Assembly (NCBI GenBank): GCA_964559225.1
Contig: CAZLGA010000004.1
Location: 83-64,082, forward strand
Length of the DNA: 64,000 bases
Source of the DNA: an uncultured bacterium
Lineage (GTDB): Bacteria; Hydrothermota; Tepidihabitantia; SM23-42; JAOAFX01
Direction of reading: 5' to 3'
Shown here piece after piece: positions 21,279 through 31,303 of this stretch. The notes under the pieces were generated by a model that saw only the letters and a list, made by a program, of their open reading frames with translations, ran no database searches and was not told the DNA's origin. Both the position numbers and the translations under genes were made by a program. Every line of letters begins with the position of its first letter. The stretch's first letter is position 1.

Positions 21279-21322
21279 AGTTAATTATATATCAAATAAT
21301 ATTCGTGTCAAGATTACTTAGA

Positions 21323-22831
21323 TTAACGAGGTCTCAAAAATCCAATGGGAAGAATCATCTCTTCCATTGAGATGCCACCGTGCTGGAATGTGTATTTGAA
21401 CTCCCTTTCGTATTCAGTTGGTTTGGTTGGGTAAATAAAATAATAATCTTCGCGTGCAATAAGAAAACGGACCGAAGGGTCTTCAGCGGGTAAATACAAT
21501 TCACCCGGATTGTTCAATAATAGGGCAGCCTTCTCATCAGCCCTCAATGCTGGACCATATTTATATCTCAAGTTTGGTGAAATATCCCTGCCCCCGTATA
21601 CAAGCGTTGGTCTTCGCACATGGATGAAGCCATGGTCACTTGTGAGTATTACCTGTCGTTTTTTGTTTGAAATCAATTTAAATAATTCAAAAATCGGTGA
21701 TATTGGGAACCAATAACTTAAAAGGTTAAGCAGAACCCGTTCATCTTCTAAAAGTCCTTTCATATCTCCCCTTCCGGGAATTGAATGCAACAAAAGGTCA
21801 AAAAAGTTTATTATCACAATCGTAATGTCACTTCGATCCTGAGCAATCTTCTGAATATTCTTTTCAAGATCCTCTATTGTTGATAATTTATGAAAATTAA
21901 AACTGATTTTGAGATTGTTACGTTTCAGCAATTCTGTAAATAATTCTTTTTCAAAACGATTCTGTCCTCTTTCTTCGAAAAGCCAGTACTGTGGATACTT
22001 CTGAAGAATTTCAAGCGGTAGCAAACCGGCGAAAATGCTATTTCTTGAATAGGGGGTTGCAGATGGCAGGATTGAATAGTAATACTGTGTGTTTATCTCA
22101 AAAAAATCACGGAGATAAGGCAGGAGCTTCAGATACTGGTCAAGCCTCATTGAATCAAATATCACAAAAAATAGTGAACCGTTCTTTAATGTTGGAAACA
22201 CGACTAAATTAAATAAATTATGGGAAAGTATCGGACCCTTATTTTTAATAAAGTTTTTGTATTCATAGCTAATATACTTTGAAAAACCAGAATTCGCGCT
22301 TTGTTTTTTTTCATCATGTATCTCTTTTAATTCCTTACTCCCATATTCCAGGAAACGTAAATCCCAGGTCACGAGGTTTCGATAGTAATCAATCCACTCA
22401 TTATAATCACCCGGCTGAGAAATTGCATTAAACTGGCTTGCATATTCTTCTGCCATCTTTTCTTCAATCAATTGTCTTCTCTTAAGGATTCTGTGGAGTA
22501 CAGAAAGGATTTGATTAAAACTGAATGGCTTGGTGATGTAATCATCAACCCAACCACTGTAAGCCTGTTTCATCAGTGTCTCTTCTTCACTCTTGGTTAC
22601 CATCACAACAAGTTGCTGGGGATTATCAAGTTTTATTCTCTTCAAAACTTCAAGCCCATCAACACCCGGCATAATCTCATCAAGAAAGATCAAGTCAAAC
22701 ACCTCGTGGCTGGCAATTCTTACCCCATCTTCGCCACTCGTTGCTGTTTTTACTTCATAACCTTCCTGATTTAAAAGATAAATAAATGGTTTCAAAAGTT
22801 CAATCTCATCATCAATCCATAAAATTTTCAT
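21323..22831 (-). CDS. PorX-like response regulator: N-terminal receiver (REC) domain fused to a C-terminal PglZ/alkaline-phosphatase-superfamily domain.
   Basis: REC: MKILWIDDEIELL...DLIFLDEIMPGVDGLEVLKRI...VVMVTK. C-terminal ...VILTSDHGFIHV... is typical of the PglZ domain. This architecture matches the T9SS regulator PorX. Confidence 0.7.
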   Translation of the reverse strand: MKILWIDDEIELLKPFIYLLNQEGYEVKTATSGEDGVRIASHEVFDLIFLDEIMPGVDGLEVLKRIKLDNPQQLVVMVTKSEEETLMKQAYSGWVDDYITKPFSFNQILSVLHRILKRRQLIEEKMAEEYASQFNAISQPGDYNEWIDYYRNLVTWDLRFLEYGSKELKEIHDEKKQSANSGFSKYISYEYKNFIKNKGPILSHNLFNLVVFPTLKNGSLFFVIFDSMRLDQYLKLLPYLRDFFEINTQYYYSILPSATPYSRNSIFAGLLPLEILQKYPQYWLFEERGQNRFEKELFTELLKRNNLKISFNFHKLSTIEDLEKNIQKIAQDRSDITIVIINFFDLLLHSIPGRGDMKGLLEDERVLLNLLSYWFPISPIFELFKLISNKKRQVILTSDHGFIHVRRPTLVYGGRDISPNLRYKYGPALRADEKAALLLNNPGELYLPAEDPSVRFLIAREDYYFIYPTKPTEYEREFKYTFQHGGISMEEMILPIGFLRPR

Positions 22832-22832
22832 T

Positions 22833-24002
22833 TCAACTCCTTGGTATATAAATTTGAAATGTTGTACCGCCAGGACCGGTCTTTTTTAGTATCAATCTAC
22901 CATTGTGATAGCCCTCAATTATTCTTTTTGTCAATACTAATCCCAGACCCCACCCATATTTTTTTGTAGTATATCCAGGTTTGAATATATCTTTTGCTTG
23001 TTTTATTCCGCCACCTGTATCAGCTATCTCAATCATTGCTCCCTCATCAGCGGTCTGGGTTTTAATTGATACAATTCCTGGTTTTGAACCTATTGCATCA
23101 AGCCCGTTCTTTAATATATTTTCAACTGCCCAATCAAGCAAAATATCATCAAATCTTATCATAGGTAATGGTTGATAATTTTCTATGAATTGAATTTGAT
23201 TATGGGCACGTCGTTTTACATAATGTACTGCCTTTTGTATGATCGGCATAGGGTCTTTTTCTACAAGGCGCGGTGGCATACCAATTCTGGAAAATTTTTC
23301 TAATACCTCTTTCATTCTCTGGGCATCTTCAGCAATGCCTTCGTAGATCTCCCTGGACACATTCTTTTTTAAGGTTTCAAGCCAGCCCGAAAGCGAAGAA
23401 AGAGGCGTTGCCAGTTGATGTGCGGTCTCTTTGGCAAGGGAATACCAAATTTTTTCTTCTTCACTTTTTCTATAAATAAGATACCCCCAGAAACCTAAGA
23501 ACAAAAATGCAAGTAAAAAAGCGGTCATCAGAAATGGCAGAATTCTCAGCGACCTTGTAAATGGTGATAGCCCATAATGGACATAACCTAAAAATGTAGA
23601 ATCAGAACCACTTTTTATTACTATAGGTATTGGCTTATGCTCACGATCAAGATGCCTTACCACCCTTACCAGATTCGTATCTGAAACATTCTTTGCTGAA
23701 TATGGTCTTCCCTGTGCATCGGTGAGAACCACAGGAAAATCAATTTTCTCAATCACCTCATGGAATAACAACGCAAGCAATTCTTCCTCGCTTGCCCCAG
23801 GACCCGACGCATAACTGGCAAAGATTCTTGATGTAGTCTCGGTTTCTTTCCGTATCCGCTGAATTAGAAAGTTGGAGTAAATATAGGTTCCAATGCCAAT
23901 CAGACCAATACCTATTAAGAAATATATGACCAGGGTCCGTGATGTAAATCCGCTGGTCTCAGGCAGAACTCCTTTTTCTTCTCTACGATGTAATCGCCTC
24001 AT
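22833..24002 (-). CDS. Sensor histidine kinase (two TM segments, periplasmic sensor, HisKA + HATPase_c). PorY-like partner of the adjacent regulator.
   Basis: H-box HQLATPLSSLSGWLETL. N/G boxes ...NILKNGLDAI...IADTGGGI...GWGLGLVLTKRII. Two hydrophobic segments flank a ~120 aa periplasmic region. Confidence 0.85.
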   Translation of the reverse strand: MRRLHRREEKGVLPETSGFTSRTLVIYFLIGIGLIGIGTYIYSNFLIQRIRKETETTSRIFASYASGPGASEEELLALLFHEVIEKIDFPVVLTDAQGRPYSAKNVSDTNLVRVVRHLDREHKPIPIVIKSGSDSTFLGYVHYGLSPFTRSLRILPFLMTAFLLAFLFLGFWGYLIYRKSEEEKIWYSLAKETAHQLATPLSSLSGWLETLKKNVSREIYEGIAEDAQRMKEVLEKFSRIGMPPRLVEKDPMPIIQKAVHYVKRRAHNQIQFIENYQPLPMIRFDDILLDWAVENILKNGLDAIGSKPGIVSIKTQTADEGAMIEIADTGGGIKQAKDIFKPGYTTKKYGWGLGLVLTKRIIEGYHNGRLILKKTGPGGTTFQIYIPRS

Positions 24003-25821
24003 ATTTTATTCTTTTCTCAAGATATAATTTCTTATCCGCATTATCAATCAAGGTTCCAAAGTCTTTACCATCCTCAGGATATGTAGCAATACCACAAGAA
24101 AAATTGACAAACGCTTCATCTTTTTTCAATCTGTTTATCACTGCCCTTGCCCTTTCGATACGATATTTCATTGCACGGACACCCGCATTGGGTAAGATTA
24201 TTATAAATTCATCGCCGCCATACCGGGTGACATAACCATCTTTTATAATTTCTTTGAATATCTGCGAAATTCTTTTTAATAACTGGTCACCCGCGATGTG
24301 CCCGTATTGGTCATTATATTCTTTAAATCGGTCAAGATCGATCATTGCAATCGCAAATTTTTTATGCAATTCTCCAATCAATTCGTTCAATTTTTCTCTT
24401 AAGAATCTATAATTGTAAATACCAGTAAGTTCGTCTGTATATGAAATAATTAGATTCCTTTCAAAGAGTTTATTATTGTCCATTGCCAGACCAAGAAAAT
24501 CACCAAATGCCTCTAACAATCTAATCTTATCACGGTCGGGCACACGGTTATCTACTGGTTCAGCAAGTGATAAAATTCCTAATATCTCTCCATTCCGTGA
24601 ATAGATCGGACTAATCAAAATATCACCAGGTGACCATAAATTGTGTGCCCTTTTCGGCACCGATGGAATTCTATAAACCTGATAGCTCCTTATTTCTTTC
24701 GAAACTTCTTCACTGGGAATGTAATATGAATTAGAAATCCTAAATCGGTCCTCCATCAGAGTTTTTATGAGATTAAACGGTGGATGGATTGTTTTTGCTT
24801 CACGAAATTTTTTCAATGAAATGCCGAGACAATGAAAACGTTCAAATGCATCTATTTCAGGGTTGTAAACTGAACACATAATCTTCTTAAAACCAAGGAT
24901 CTTCTGGGCACGGCGTAAAACCTCAGTAAAGAAATGTTTTAATTCATAAGGAGACAACAAAAGCTTTGCTATCTCCTGTAAACCCCTGCTTTCCAGAAGT
25001 GCCTTATTCAATGCCTGAAATAATTCAATCCTTTCCAAAGCAATTGCCGCCTGATTTCCGAGGAATTTCAAACGCATTATTGCATTTGTCTGATTTATAA
25101 TTTTATCAAAGTCATCCAATAAAAAACATCCCCTGCCCCTATTTTTGATGGTAAAAGGAACAAGGAGCACTACCCCAGGATTCAAACCATTAAGAAAAAA
25201 TTTCAAAAATTTATTTTGCGACTTTTCCAATTTCAAAACCTGTCTGCTTTGTGAAATCTGACGATATACTTTATCAGGAAGAAATTTTAAAGAAATTTTT
25301 TTATTCCTTCCCACGAGCTGGTCATCAATCAGATAATATAAAAATACCTTTTCAGTATCAAGAAGTTTCTGAGAAGCACTTTCCACAAACCATATAACCT
25401 TGTTCAATTCAAGCGTTGTAATCACATTCAAATTTAATTCATTGATTGCCTGAAACTCAGAAATCCTTTCCCTGGCAACATTGCTGACTGAAATAATCTG
25501 ACTTATGAGTCTAAAAATACTTTTCAATTTTTCTATAATATTAGCATCTAACATTTCGTCAGGTTCAAATACCAGATAGAGTCTATATTTTAATCCACTA
25601 ACTTCAAACTCTTCAAAAAAATAATTCGCTCGCAAATGTTTAATCTGGTTCAATGTAACCTTATGTTGATACAGCACATTATCATTCTGCATAAGTAAAC
25701 AACCCTGACTCGCAACATTTGTTCCCAGAAGTCGAGCAAACTCCTTTATATCAATTTCTGGTATTTTAATACTGCTCAGCAACGAAAGAAAATTATCTAT
25801 TCGCTTGTCGATTGTCATCAT
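23983..25821 (-). CDS. GAF-domain diguanylate cyclase (GGDEF).
   Basis: The C-terminus DELTGIYNYRFL...IDLDRFKEYNDQYGH.AGD..L...RYGGDEFIIIL contains the intact GGDEF active site. The N-terminal 400 aa look like tandem GAF-like sensor domains. It overlaps both neighbours by 4 and 20 nt. Confidence 0.85.
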   Translation of the reverse strand: MMTIDKRIDNFLSLLSSIKIPEIDIKEFARLLGTNVASQGCLLMQNDNVLYQHKVTLNQIKHLRANYFFEEFEVSGLKYRLYLVFEPDEMLDANIIEKLKSIFRLISQIISVSNVARERISEFQAINELNLNVITTLELNKVIWFVESASQKLLDTEKVFLYYLIDDQLVGRNKKISLKFLPDKVYRQISQSRQVLKLEKSQNKFLKFFLNGLNPGVVLLVPFTIKNRGRGCFLLDDFDKIINQTNAIMRLKFLGNQAAIALERIELFQALNKALLESRGLQEIAKLLLSPYELKHFFTEVLRRAQKILGFKKIMCSVYNPEIDAFERFHCLGISLKKFREAKTIHPPFNLIKTLMEDRFRISNSYYIPSEEVSKEIRSYQVYRIPSVPKRAHNLWSPGDILISPIYSRNGEILGILSLAEPVDNRVPDRDKIRLLEAFGDFLGLAMDNNKLFERNLIISYTDELTGIYNYRFLREKLNELIGELHKKFAIAMIDLDRFKEYNDQYGHIAGDQLLKRISQIFKEIIKDGYVTRYGGDEFIIILPNAGVRAMKYRIERARAVINRLKKDEAFVNFSCGIATYPEDGKDFGTLIDNADKKLYLEKRIKYEAITS

Positions 25822-26576
25822 ATTATGATAATCTCTTTTTTGAAAATCTTTGCAATTTCACATAATTCATCATCCGGTCCACAATAGGCATCGCATAAAT
25901 ATAGTTTCTTCAATCCTTTTTCTACAACATCATTTTTTGTATGACGCACAATCCCACCCGGCCATTTTAATTTTTCTAATTCCTCAGAATTCTGCTCAGA
26001 ATCATTGAAAAATAATCTCGGCGGTTCGGAAGGCAATTCTTTTAAGATAACCTTGAGTTCAAGTTTATTAAATTTGAACAACGAAAGAGGGTCAATTACG
26101 GAAAGCTGAAAAAAACTTGTCAATGTTTCAATTCCACCTTTAATCAAAATATTATAGAATGGAAAATTCCTCTTATCATAAAAGCAAACCCTTTTTTCCG
26201 CATTTACAAGATTGGGCAAGTTAAGATTTGCCCTGGGGTTGAGTTCAATAAGCCAATTAAAAGTGATTTTTTTTAATGCGTTTTTGAGTTGCTCAAATTC
26301 TCGTGTCAAAACCCTTGGGAATTCTTTATAGTAGACAATCTGGAAATAATTTGCCCGGAACAACATGATATACGGTGAGAAAACTTCAGGAACAAAGAGC
26401 GTAACGCTGCCCAGTTTTCTAATTCCTGCAATGAACGTGAGCATTTTCAAAAAATCCTTTATATTCTCTGCTGGAGCAATAAAAAAACTCTCTCTCCTAC
26501 CGATACCAATTGGTTTGAAAGGTCTATAAAATTTGCGTTTTTGAGTTTTTAGATAAAGTTTGCGAAATATTTCCAT
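25818..26576 (-). CDS. Hypothetical protein (252 aa), first gene of the unknown/GGDEF/HK/PorX-like cluster.
   Basis: Long ORF, co-directional, with a 4-nt overlap with the GGDEF gene. I recognised no motif. Confidence 0.35.
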   Translation of the reverse strand: MEIFRKLYLKTQKRKFYRPFKPIGIGRRESFFIAPAENIKDFLKMLTFIAGIRKLGSVTLFVPEVFSPYIMLFRANYFQIVYYKEFPRVLTREFEQLKNALKKITFNWLIELNPRANLNLPNLVNAEKRVCFYDKRNFPFYNILIKGGIETLTSFFQLSVIDPLSLFKFNKLELKVILKELPSEPPRLFFNDSEQNSEELEKLKWPGGIVRHTKNDVVEKGLKKLYLCDAYCGPDDELCEIAKIFKKEIIII

Positions 26577-26593
26577 AAACAGTTTTTTAAACT

Positions 26594-27811
26594 TTATTGA
26601 GCGCGTCTCTTTGCTGCCTTCACATATTCTGGTGGTGCATTATTTATTATCACATCCTTCGTAATCACACATTTTTCAATCCCCGAAAAATTAGGAAGAT
26701 TGAACATAATATCAAGCATATGGTTCTCAACAATAGACCTTAATGCTCGGGCACCGGTGTTGTATTTCATAGCTTGAACAACAATCTCTTCGATTGCCTC
26801 ATCTGTAAATTCAAGTTTTACACCCTCCATTTCAAAATATTTCGCATATTGTTTTAATAGTGCATTCTTTGGTTTTGTAAGTATCTCAATCATCACATTC
26901 TTTGATAATTTATGGAATGGAGCAATTACCGGAACCCTGCCCACGAATTCCGGAATCATTCCATATTTTATTAAATCTTCAGGTTCAACCCTGGCGATGA
27001 TTTCATCATAAATCAGGTCTTTTATCTCGGTATCGGTGAGAAATCCTATCTTGGTCTTTTTCAGTCTGCGCATTATAATATCCTCAATACCTGCAAATGT
27101 GCCACCAAGAATAAATAAAATCTTTTTTGTATTGATTGGAATATAATCCTGCTCTGGGTGTTTTCTCCCACCATGGGGTGGACAATGGGCAATGGTTCCT
27201 TCCAGTATTTTCAGTAATGCCTGCTGAACACCCTCACCGGAAACATCTCTGGTTATAGAAGGAGAATCGCTCTTCCGTGCAATCTTATCAACTTCATCAA
27301 GATATACAATGCCTATTTCGGCAGCCTTGATATCGTAATTGGCTGCCTGGATAAGCCTGAGCAATATGTTTTCCACATCTTCTCCGACATACCCTGCCTC
27401 GGTAAGTGGTGTGGCATCAGAAATGGAAAAAGGCACATGGAGTAACCGGGAAAGGGTTTCTGCAAGAAGTGTTTTACCTGTACCAGTCGGTCCTATGAGA
27501 AGAATATTGCTCTTCTGCAGTTCGATATCATCATCAGTTATCATTGTGCGTTTATAATGATTATACACAGCAACCGATATGACTTTCTTGGCTCGTTCCT
27601 GTCCAATTATATACTGGTCTAGAAAAGATTTTATGTCCTGTGGTTTGGGTAGAACAAAATTTGGTTGATGTAACGATTTTTTCTCATCCTCAAGTAATTC
27701 ATTACACAATTTCACACATTCGTCACAGATATAAGCATGATTACCACGAAAGAGTCTTTTTACCGCGGTCCTGGGCCTTTGACAGAACGAACAGAAAATT
27801 TTTGTCATCAT
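26594..27811 (-). CDS. clpX: ATP-dependent Clp protease ATP-binding subunit ClpX.
   Basis: N-terminal C4 zinc finger CSFCQ...CDEC. Walker [16 protein letters not shown]. ClpX-type IGF-loop region. 405 aa. Confidence 0.95.
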   Translation of the reverse strand: MMTKIFCSFCQRPRTAVKRLFRGNHAYICDECVKLCNELLEDEKKSLHQPNFVLPKPQDIKSFLDQYIIGQERAKKVISVAVYNHYKRTMITDDDIELQKSNILLIGPTGTGKTLLAETLSRLLHVPFSISDATPLTEAGYVGEDVENILLRLIQAANYDIKAAEIGIVYLDEVDKIARKSDSPSITRDVSGEGVQQALLKILEGTIAHCPPHGGRKHPEQDYIPINTKKILFILGGTFAGIEDIIMRRLKKTKIGFLTDTEIKDLIYDEIIARVEPEDLIKYGMIPEFVGRVPVIAPFHKLSKNVMIEILTKPKNALLKQYAKYFEMEGVKLEFTDEAIEEIVVQAMKYNTGARALRSIVENHMLDIMFNLPNFSGIEKCVITKDVIINNAPPEYVKAAKRRAQ

Positions 27812-28395
27812 CCTTTCCTCGTCTCAATCACCTCATCAATAATACCATATTCTTTTGCCTCAGCAGCAGACATAAAATAGTTGCGATCGGTATCTTTAGC
27901 AATCTTATCTTCTGCTTGCCCGGTATGTTTTGCCAGAAGTTTATTTAAAAGTTCGCGAATCTTCAATACCTCACGGGCGTGAATTTCGATATCAGTAGCC
28001 TGTCCCTGGAATGCACCTTCAGGCTGGTGGATCATAATCCGTGAATGCGGTAATCCATACCTTTTGCCTTTTGCACCCCCGGCGAGTAATAATGCCGCCA
28101 TACTTGCTGCCATACCGATACAAATCGTTGATACTGGGGGTTTAATATATTGCATTGTATCATATATTGCTAACCCGGATGATACAATTCCTCCGGGTGA
28201 GTTGATATAAAGATAAATTTCTTTTGCTGCATCCTCAGCCTCAAGGAATAAAAGCTGGGCGATGACAAGGTTGGCTACAGTATCATCAATCGGCGTTCCA
28301 ATAAAAACAATCCTTTCCTTCAATAAACGAGAATAAATATCATACGCCCTCTCTCCCCGACCGGTCTGTTCAATGACGAATGGAACGGTTAGCAT
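27808..28395 (-). CDS. clpP: ATP-dependent Clp protease proteolytic subunit ClpP.
   Basis: ClpP core [11 protein letters not shown]...[11 protein letters not shown]...MIHQP. The likely true start is MLTVPFV at 28395; the ORF-track start at 28437 is an upstream extension. Confidence 0.9.
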   Translation of the reverse strand: MLTVPFVIEQTGRGERAYDIYSRLLKERIVFIGTPIDDTVANLVIAQLLFLEAEDAAKEIYLYINSPGGIVSSGLAIYDTMQYIKPPVSTICIGMAASMAALLLAGGAKGKRYGLPHSRIMIHQPEGAFQGQATDIEIHAREVLKIRELLNKLLAKHTGQAEDKIAKDTDRNYFMSAAEAKEYGIIDEVIETRKG

Positions 28396-29581
28396 TTTTT
28401 GCCTCCTCTGGTGACAAAATTCTGCCTTTCTGGACAATATTTGAATTTTTTAATAAAAATTGAACGACCATATCACGAATTAGTGCCCTTCTAAAGTATT
28501 CTTTGACTTCCTCATTGATTTCATCAATGCTAAATCCATTTCTCTGAATAAGATTAATCATATCCTCTTCATTCGCCTGGATATCTTCTTTCTGGGCAAT
28601 CCTGTCCAGAATCATATTATACCTCGCCCTTTTTTCCGCAACCGGCATAAATCTTTCACGATTGCTATCGTTATCAGTGAGGTTTGAACTCCTGAGAATG
28701 ATCTGGTATTCCTTTTCAATCAATGATTTGGGCACAGGGAAATGGAACCGTTCAAGGAGTATCTGGGCTAAATTTTCCTTTAATTCTTCATTCAGCCTTT
28801 CTTCTTCCTGTTTCTGGAGCATATCTTTCAAACCCTTTTCCATCTCCTCAAGGCTATTGTAATTCAACATCTTTGCAAAGTCTTCATCTATCCGGGCTAA
28901 AATTTTTTCTTCTACTTTCTTAATCTTTATCCGATAAACCTGCTTATTGATCTGGACATCTTTCTTTTCACCCTTGCTTACTCCCACAAGCGCCCGATTT
29001 AATTCATCATGGAAACTTCTATCGCCGAGTTTTATGACAACATCGGATTGTTTATCAATAATATTGTTATCTTCAATTATCTCTAAATCAAGGGTTATGA
29101 AGTCATCAACTGCCGCGGGTTTTGAAGTCTCAACAACATGTGCATAATTCTCTTTAAGGCGATTCAATGTCTGTTCATATAAATAGTCCAATGGCAAAGG
29201 TTCTTCCCTGAACAACTCCAACCCTTTATAACCATTTACATCAAATTCTGGTTGAACCTCAAACCTGAGATTAAATTTTATTTCACCGGTATCATTGAAA
29301 CTCACTAATTCCGGATTGGATACAGGCTTCCAGTTTTTTTCCATTAATACTTTTTTATAGAATTCAAGAATCAGGTCATTTATAGCCTCGGCCTTAAGTG
29401 TGTCATAATACCTGATTCTGATTAGACCCTTTGGAGCCCTGCCCCTGCGATACCCTTTTATTGAAATTCTGTCTCTCAATTTCTCAATAGAATTATCTAT
29501 AAAAGGTTCAAGTTCCTGGGTACCGAGTTTGAATTCAATCTCTTTTTCGGTCTCGGTCTCATTTATTATCTGATATTCCAA
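28370..29581 (-). CDS. tig: Trigger factor (ribosome-associated PPIase chaperone). The start is corrected to a TTG at 29581.
   Basis: Conserved ribosome-binding motif region [12 protein letters not shown] (corresponding to GFRxGxxP). Gene order is tig-clpP-clpX. The naive ORF (to 29692) runs through tRNA-Leu. The TTG at 29581 is preceded by the SD AAAGGGGG. Confidence 0.75.
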   Translation of the reverse strand: MEYQIINETETEKEIEFKLGTQELEPFIDNSIEKLRDRISIKGYRRGRAPKGLIRIRYYDTLKAEAINDLILEFYKKVLMEKNWKPVSNPELVSFNDTGEIKFNLRFEVQPEFDVNGYKGLELFREEPLPLDYLYEQTLNRLKENYAHVVETSKPAAVDDFITLDLEIIEDNNIIDKQSDVVIKLGDRSFHDELNRALVGVSKGEKKDVQINKQVYRIKIKKVEEKILARIDEDFAKMLNYNSLEEMEKGLKDMLQKQEEERLNEELKENLAQILLERFHFPVPKSLIEKEYQIILRSSNLTDNDSNRERFMPVAEKRARYNMILDRIAQKEDIQANEEDMINLIQRNGFSIDEINEEVKEYFRRALIRDMVVQFLLKNSNIVQKGRILSPEEAKNANRSIRH

Positions 29582-29616
29582 AAAACCCCCTTTATTTATC
29601 GCAAAATATCCACAGA

Positions 29617-29698
29617 TGCGAGGAGGGGGAGTTGAACCCCCAACCTTTGCAGGACTGGATCCTAAATCCAGCGCGTATGCCAGTTCCGCCATCCTCGC
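29617..29698 (-). tRNA. tRNA-Leu (anticodon UAG), class II with a long variable arm. CCA is not encoded.
   Basis: Folded by hand. 7-bp acceptor GCGAGGA/TCCTCGC with discriminator A. 3-bp D-stem with a GG loop. Anticodon stem CTGGA/TCCAG with loop TTTAGGA (U33, anticodon TAG, G37). Long variable stem-loop. T-arm GGGGG-TTCAACT-CCCCC. Confidence 0.85.
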
Positions 29699-29906
29699 AA
29701 AAACTAAAAGAAACGTTCATTAGTTAATTATATCCTAAAAAAATATGATGTCAATATCGCGGGCAAATACTATTATCTTCGCTATAAACCATACTCTCTA
29801 ACAATCATAAGGAAATTGAGAAAACCGAATTTTTAATAGTTAGTATCAAAAATTAATAATAAAATTTTATCGTAACCTATAACGATTAACGGCTTACTTT
29901 TTCAAA

Positions 29907-30885
29907 TCACCTTATTGTAAACCCCACAATCAAATTATGGGTCTGGTAATGGGGCACAAAATTATAGTCATAATGAAAGAAGAAAATTCCCAGTTTAAAT
30001 GTTGCCCCGAGTATCGCTCGATAACTGTTCTGGGCTGTGAGTTCAACATCCACATCTTTCTTCATTTTTATTCTATTTCCAGAATTTAATGTATCAGGGA
30101 TCTCAAATTCAAATTCATAAGTAAAATGCACTCTTGTACCTTCAAACCCGAACCCTACCATAGGTTCAAAAACAATTAAATTTTTGGAAACAACCATCTG
30201 AAGATTCCAGGTATGGCTTGCAACAATTTTATAGCCTGTAGAATCCATTATTCCAAAATCCTGAGTAGCACCGGCAATAGCAATATCAAAAGGCAGTGGC
30301 ACATTCTTCATAAATGGCAAACTATTTAGATTCTGCTTCAATCCGATTCCGAGAAAGTTTACCCTTGAACCTTTAAAAGTAAATGGTATATACCTTATGC
30401 AAATTTCTGAACCAAAAATAAGACCAACATTTAGTTGAGGTATTGCGAGTGGAACAACCGAAAGATTAAAACCACCAGGTATATAGGGTGGGATACCCAC
30501 TGCACTACCCGTAACGGGTACATTTGTTCTTTCTTTGTGACCGAATATTGTGTTTACACTATCAAGAACCAGTGAATCATAAACAAGTGTATTATTCGCA
30601 AGTGAGCAGGTCAGAACCTTCGCATCAAAATACCTGTCCATCTCCGGAATCTGAATCAATATCCCCCTTACGCCGATGTCAAATCCCAGGAATTTATGGC
30701 TACGCGCGCTATGGAAAAGACCGGTAGAAATTCCAGTTCCAAATGATGTAATTAACGGTTGCGTGTATCCCTCAAGCAAGTCTACGCTTACTTTTTTTAT
30801 TCTCTCTGCCAGTGCCTCATAATTCTGCTGTCCACAGAGAAAAGAAAAAAAATAAAAAAATGGATAGAAATTTTGTTATCTTCAT
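29907..30885 (-). CDS. Putative outer-membrane beta-barrel protein. The signal-peptide exon is separated from the body by a +1 frameshift in an A8-T-A7 (plus strand) homopolymer run. Possible pseudogene, assembly error or phase-variable gene.
   Basis: The ATG at 30885 encodes MKITKFLSIFLFFFFSLWTAEL*, a typical signal peptide. After the homopolymer tract at ~30845-30860 the long ORF continues in another frame (...SFLCGQQNYEAL...MLEGYTQ...), which has a beta-strand-rich composition and ends ...LIVGFTIR. Confidence 0.4.
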
Positions 30886-31181
30886 AGAATGATTATAATT
30901 ATAATTGAGGTGTTGTCAATAGCAACGGGAAGACAAACTTGAACCCCATTCCTTATTTTTATAAACTTTTTGTTTTTAAAAAATCCATAATTTCTACTAT
31001 TTAATTATCAGCTAAATAACTACTTAAAAATTTGATAATGTAAACAGGAAAAGCGGTTCAGAATAACTACCACATATTAATTTTCAATTTTACCAATTGT
31101 GGATAACTCTAATGCGAATTGAACAATTACCTAATTTAAAATTTCTCTCTTTGTAATCAATTTTAAAGAAACGGGGCCGAC

Positions 31182-31256
31182 GAGATTTGAACTCGCGACC
31201 TCCTGCGTGACAGGCAGGCGTTCTAACCAAGCTGAACTACGACCCCGTTTATGGCA
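31182..31256 (-). tRNA. tRNA-Asp (anticodon GUC).
   Basis: Hand fold: acceptor GGGGTCG/CGGCCCC (one G-U) with discriminator G. 4-bp D-stem. Anticodon stem CCTGC/GCAGG with loop CTGTCAC (anticodon GTC). T-arm GCGAG-TTCAAAT-CTCGT. 75 nt. Confidence 0.9.
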
Positions 31257-31303
31257 TTTGACAAGCGGGCTAATTATATAATATTTTTTACTTATGTCAA
31301 GAC

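Noticed and set aside
18489-22831. PglZ domain plus Lon protease nearby as a possible BREX-like defence island.
   Set aside because: PglZ is fused to a receiver domain (PorX-type) and partnered with a histidine kinase. Lon is a full-length housekeeping LonA in a tig-clpP-clpX-…-lon array. No BrxC, PglX methyltransferase or BrxA/B candidates are present.
28370-29692. Full-length ORF-track tig ORF (440 aa) starting MAELAYALDLGSS….
   Set aside because: Its first ~25 codons are the reverse translation of tRNA-Leu(UAG), which folds into a canonical cloverleaf. The protein-like sequence starts downstream, at the TTG at 29581.
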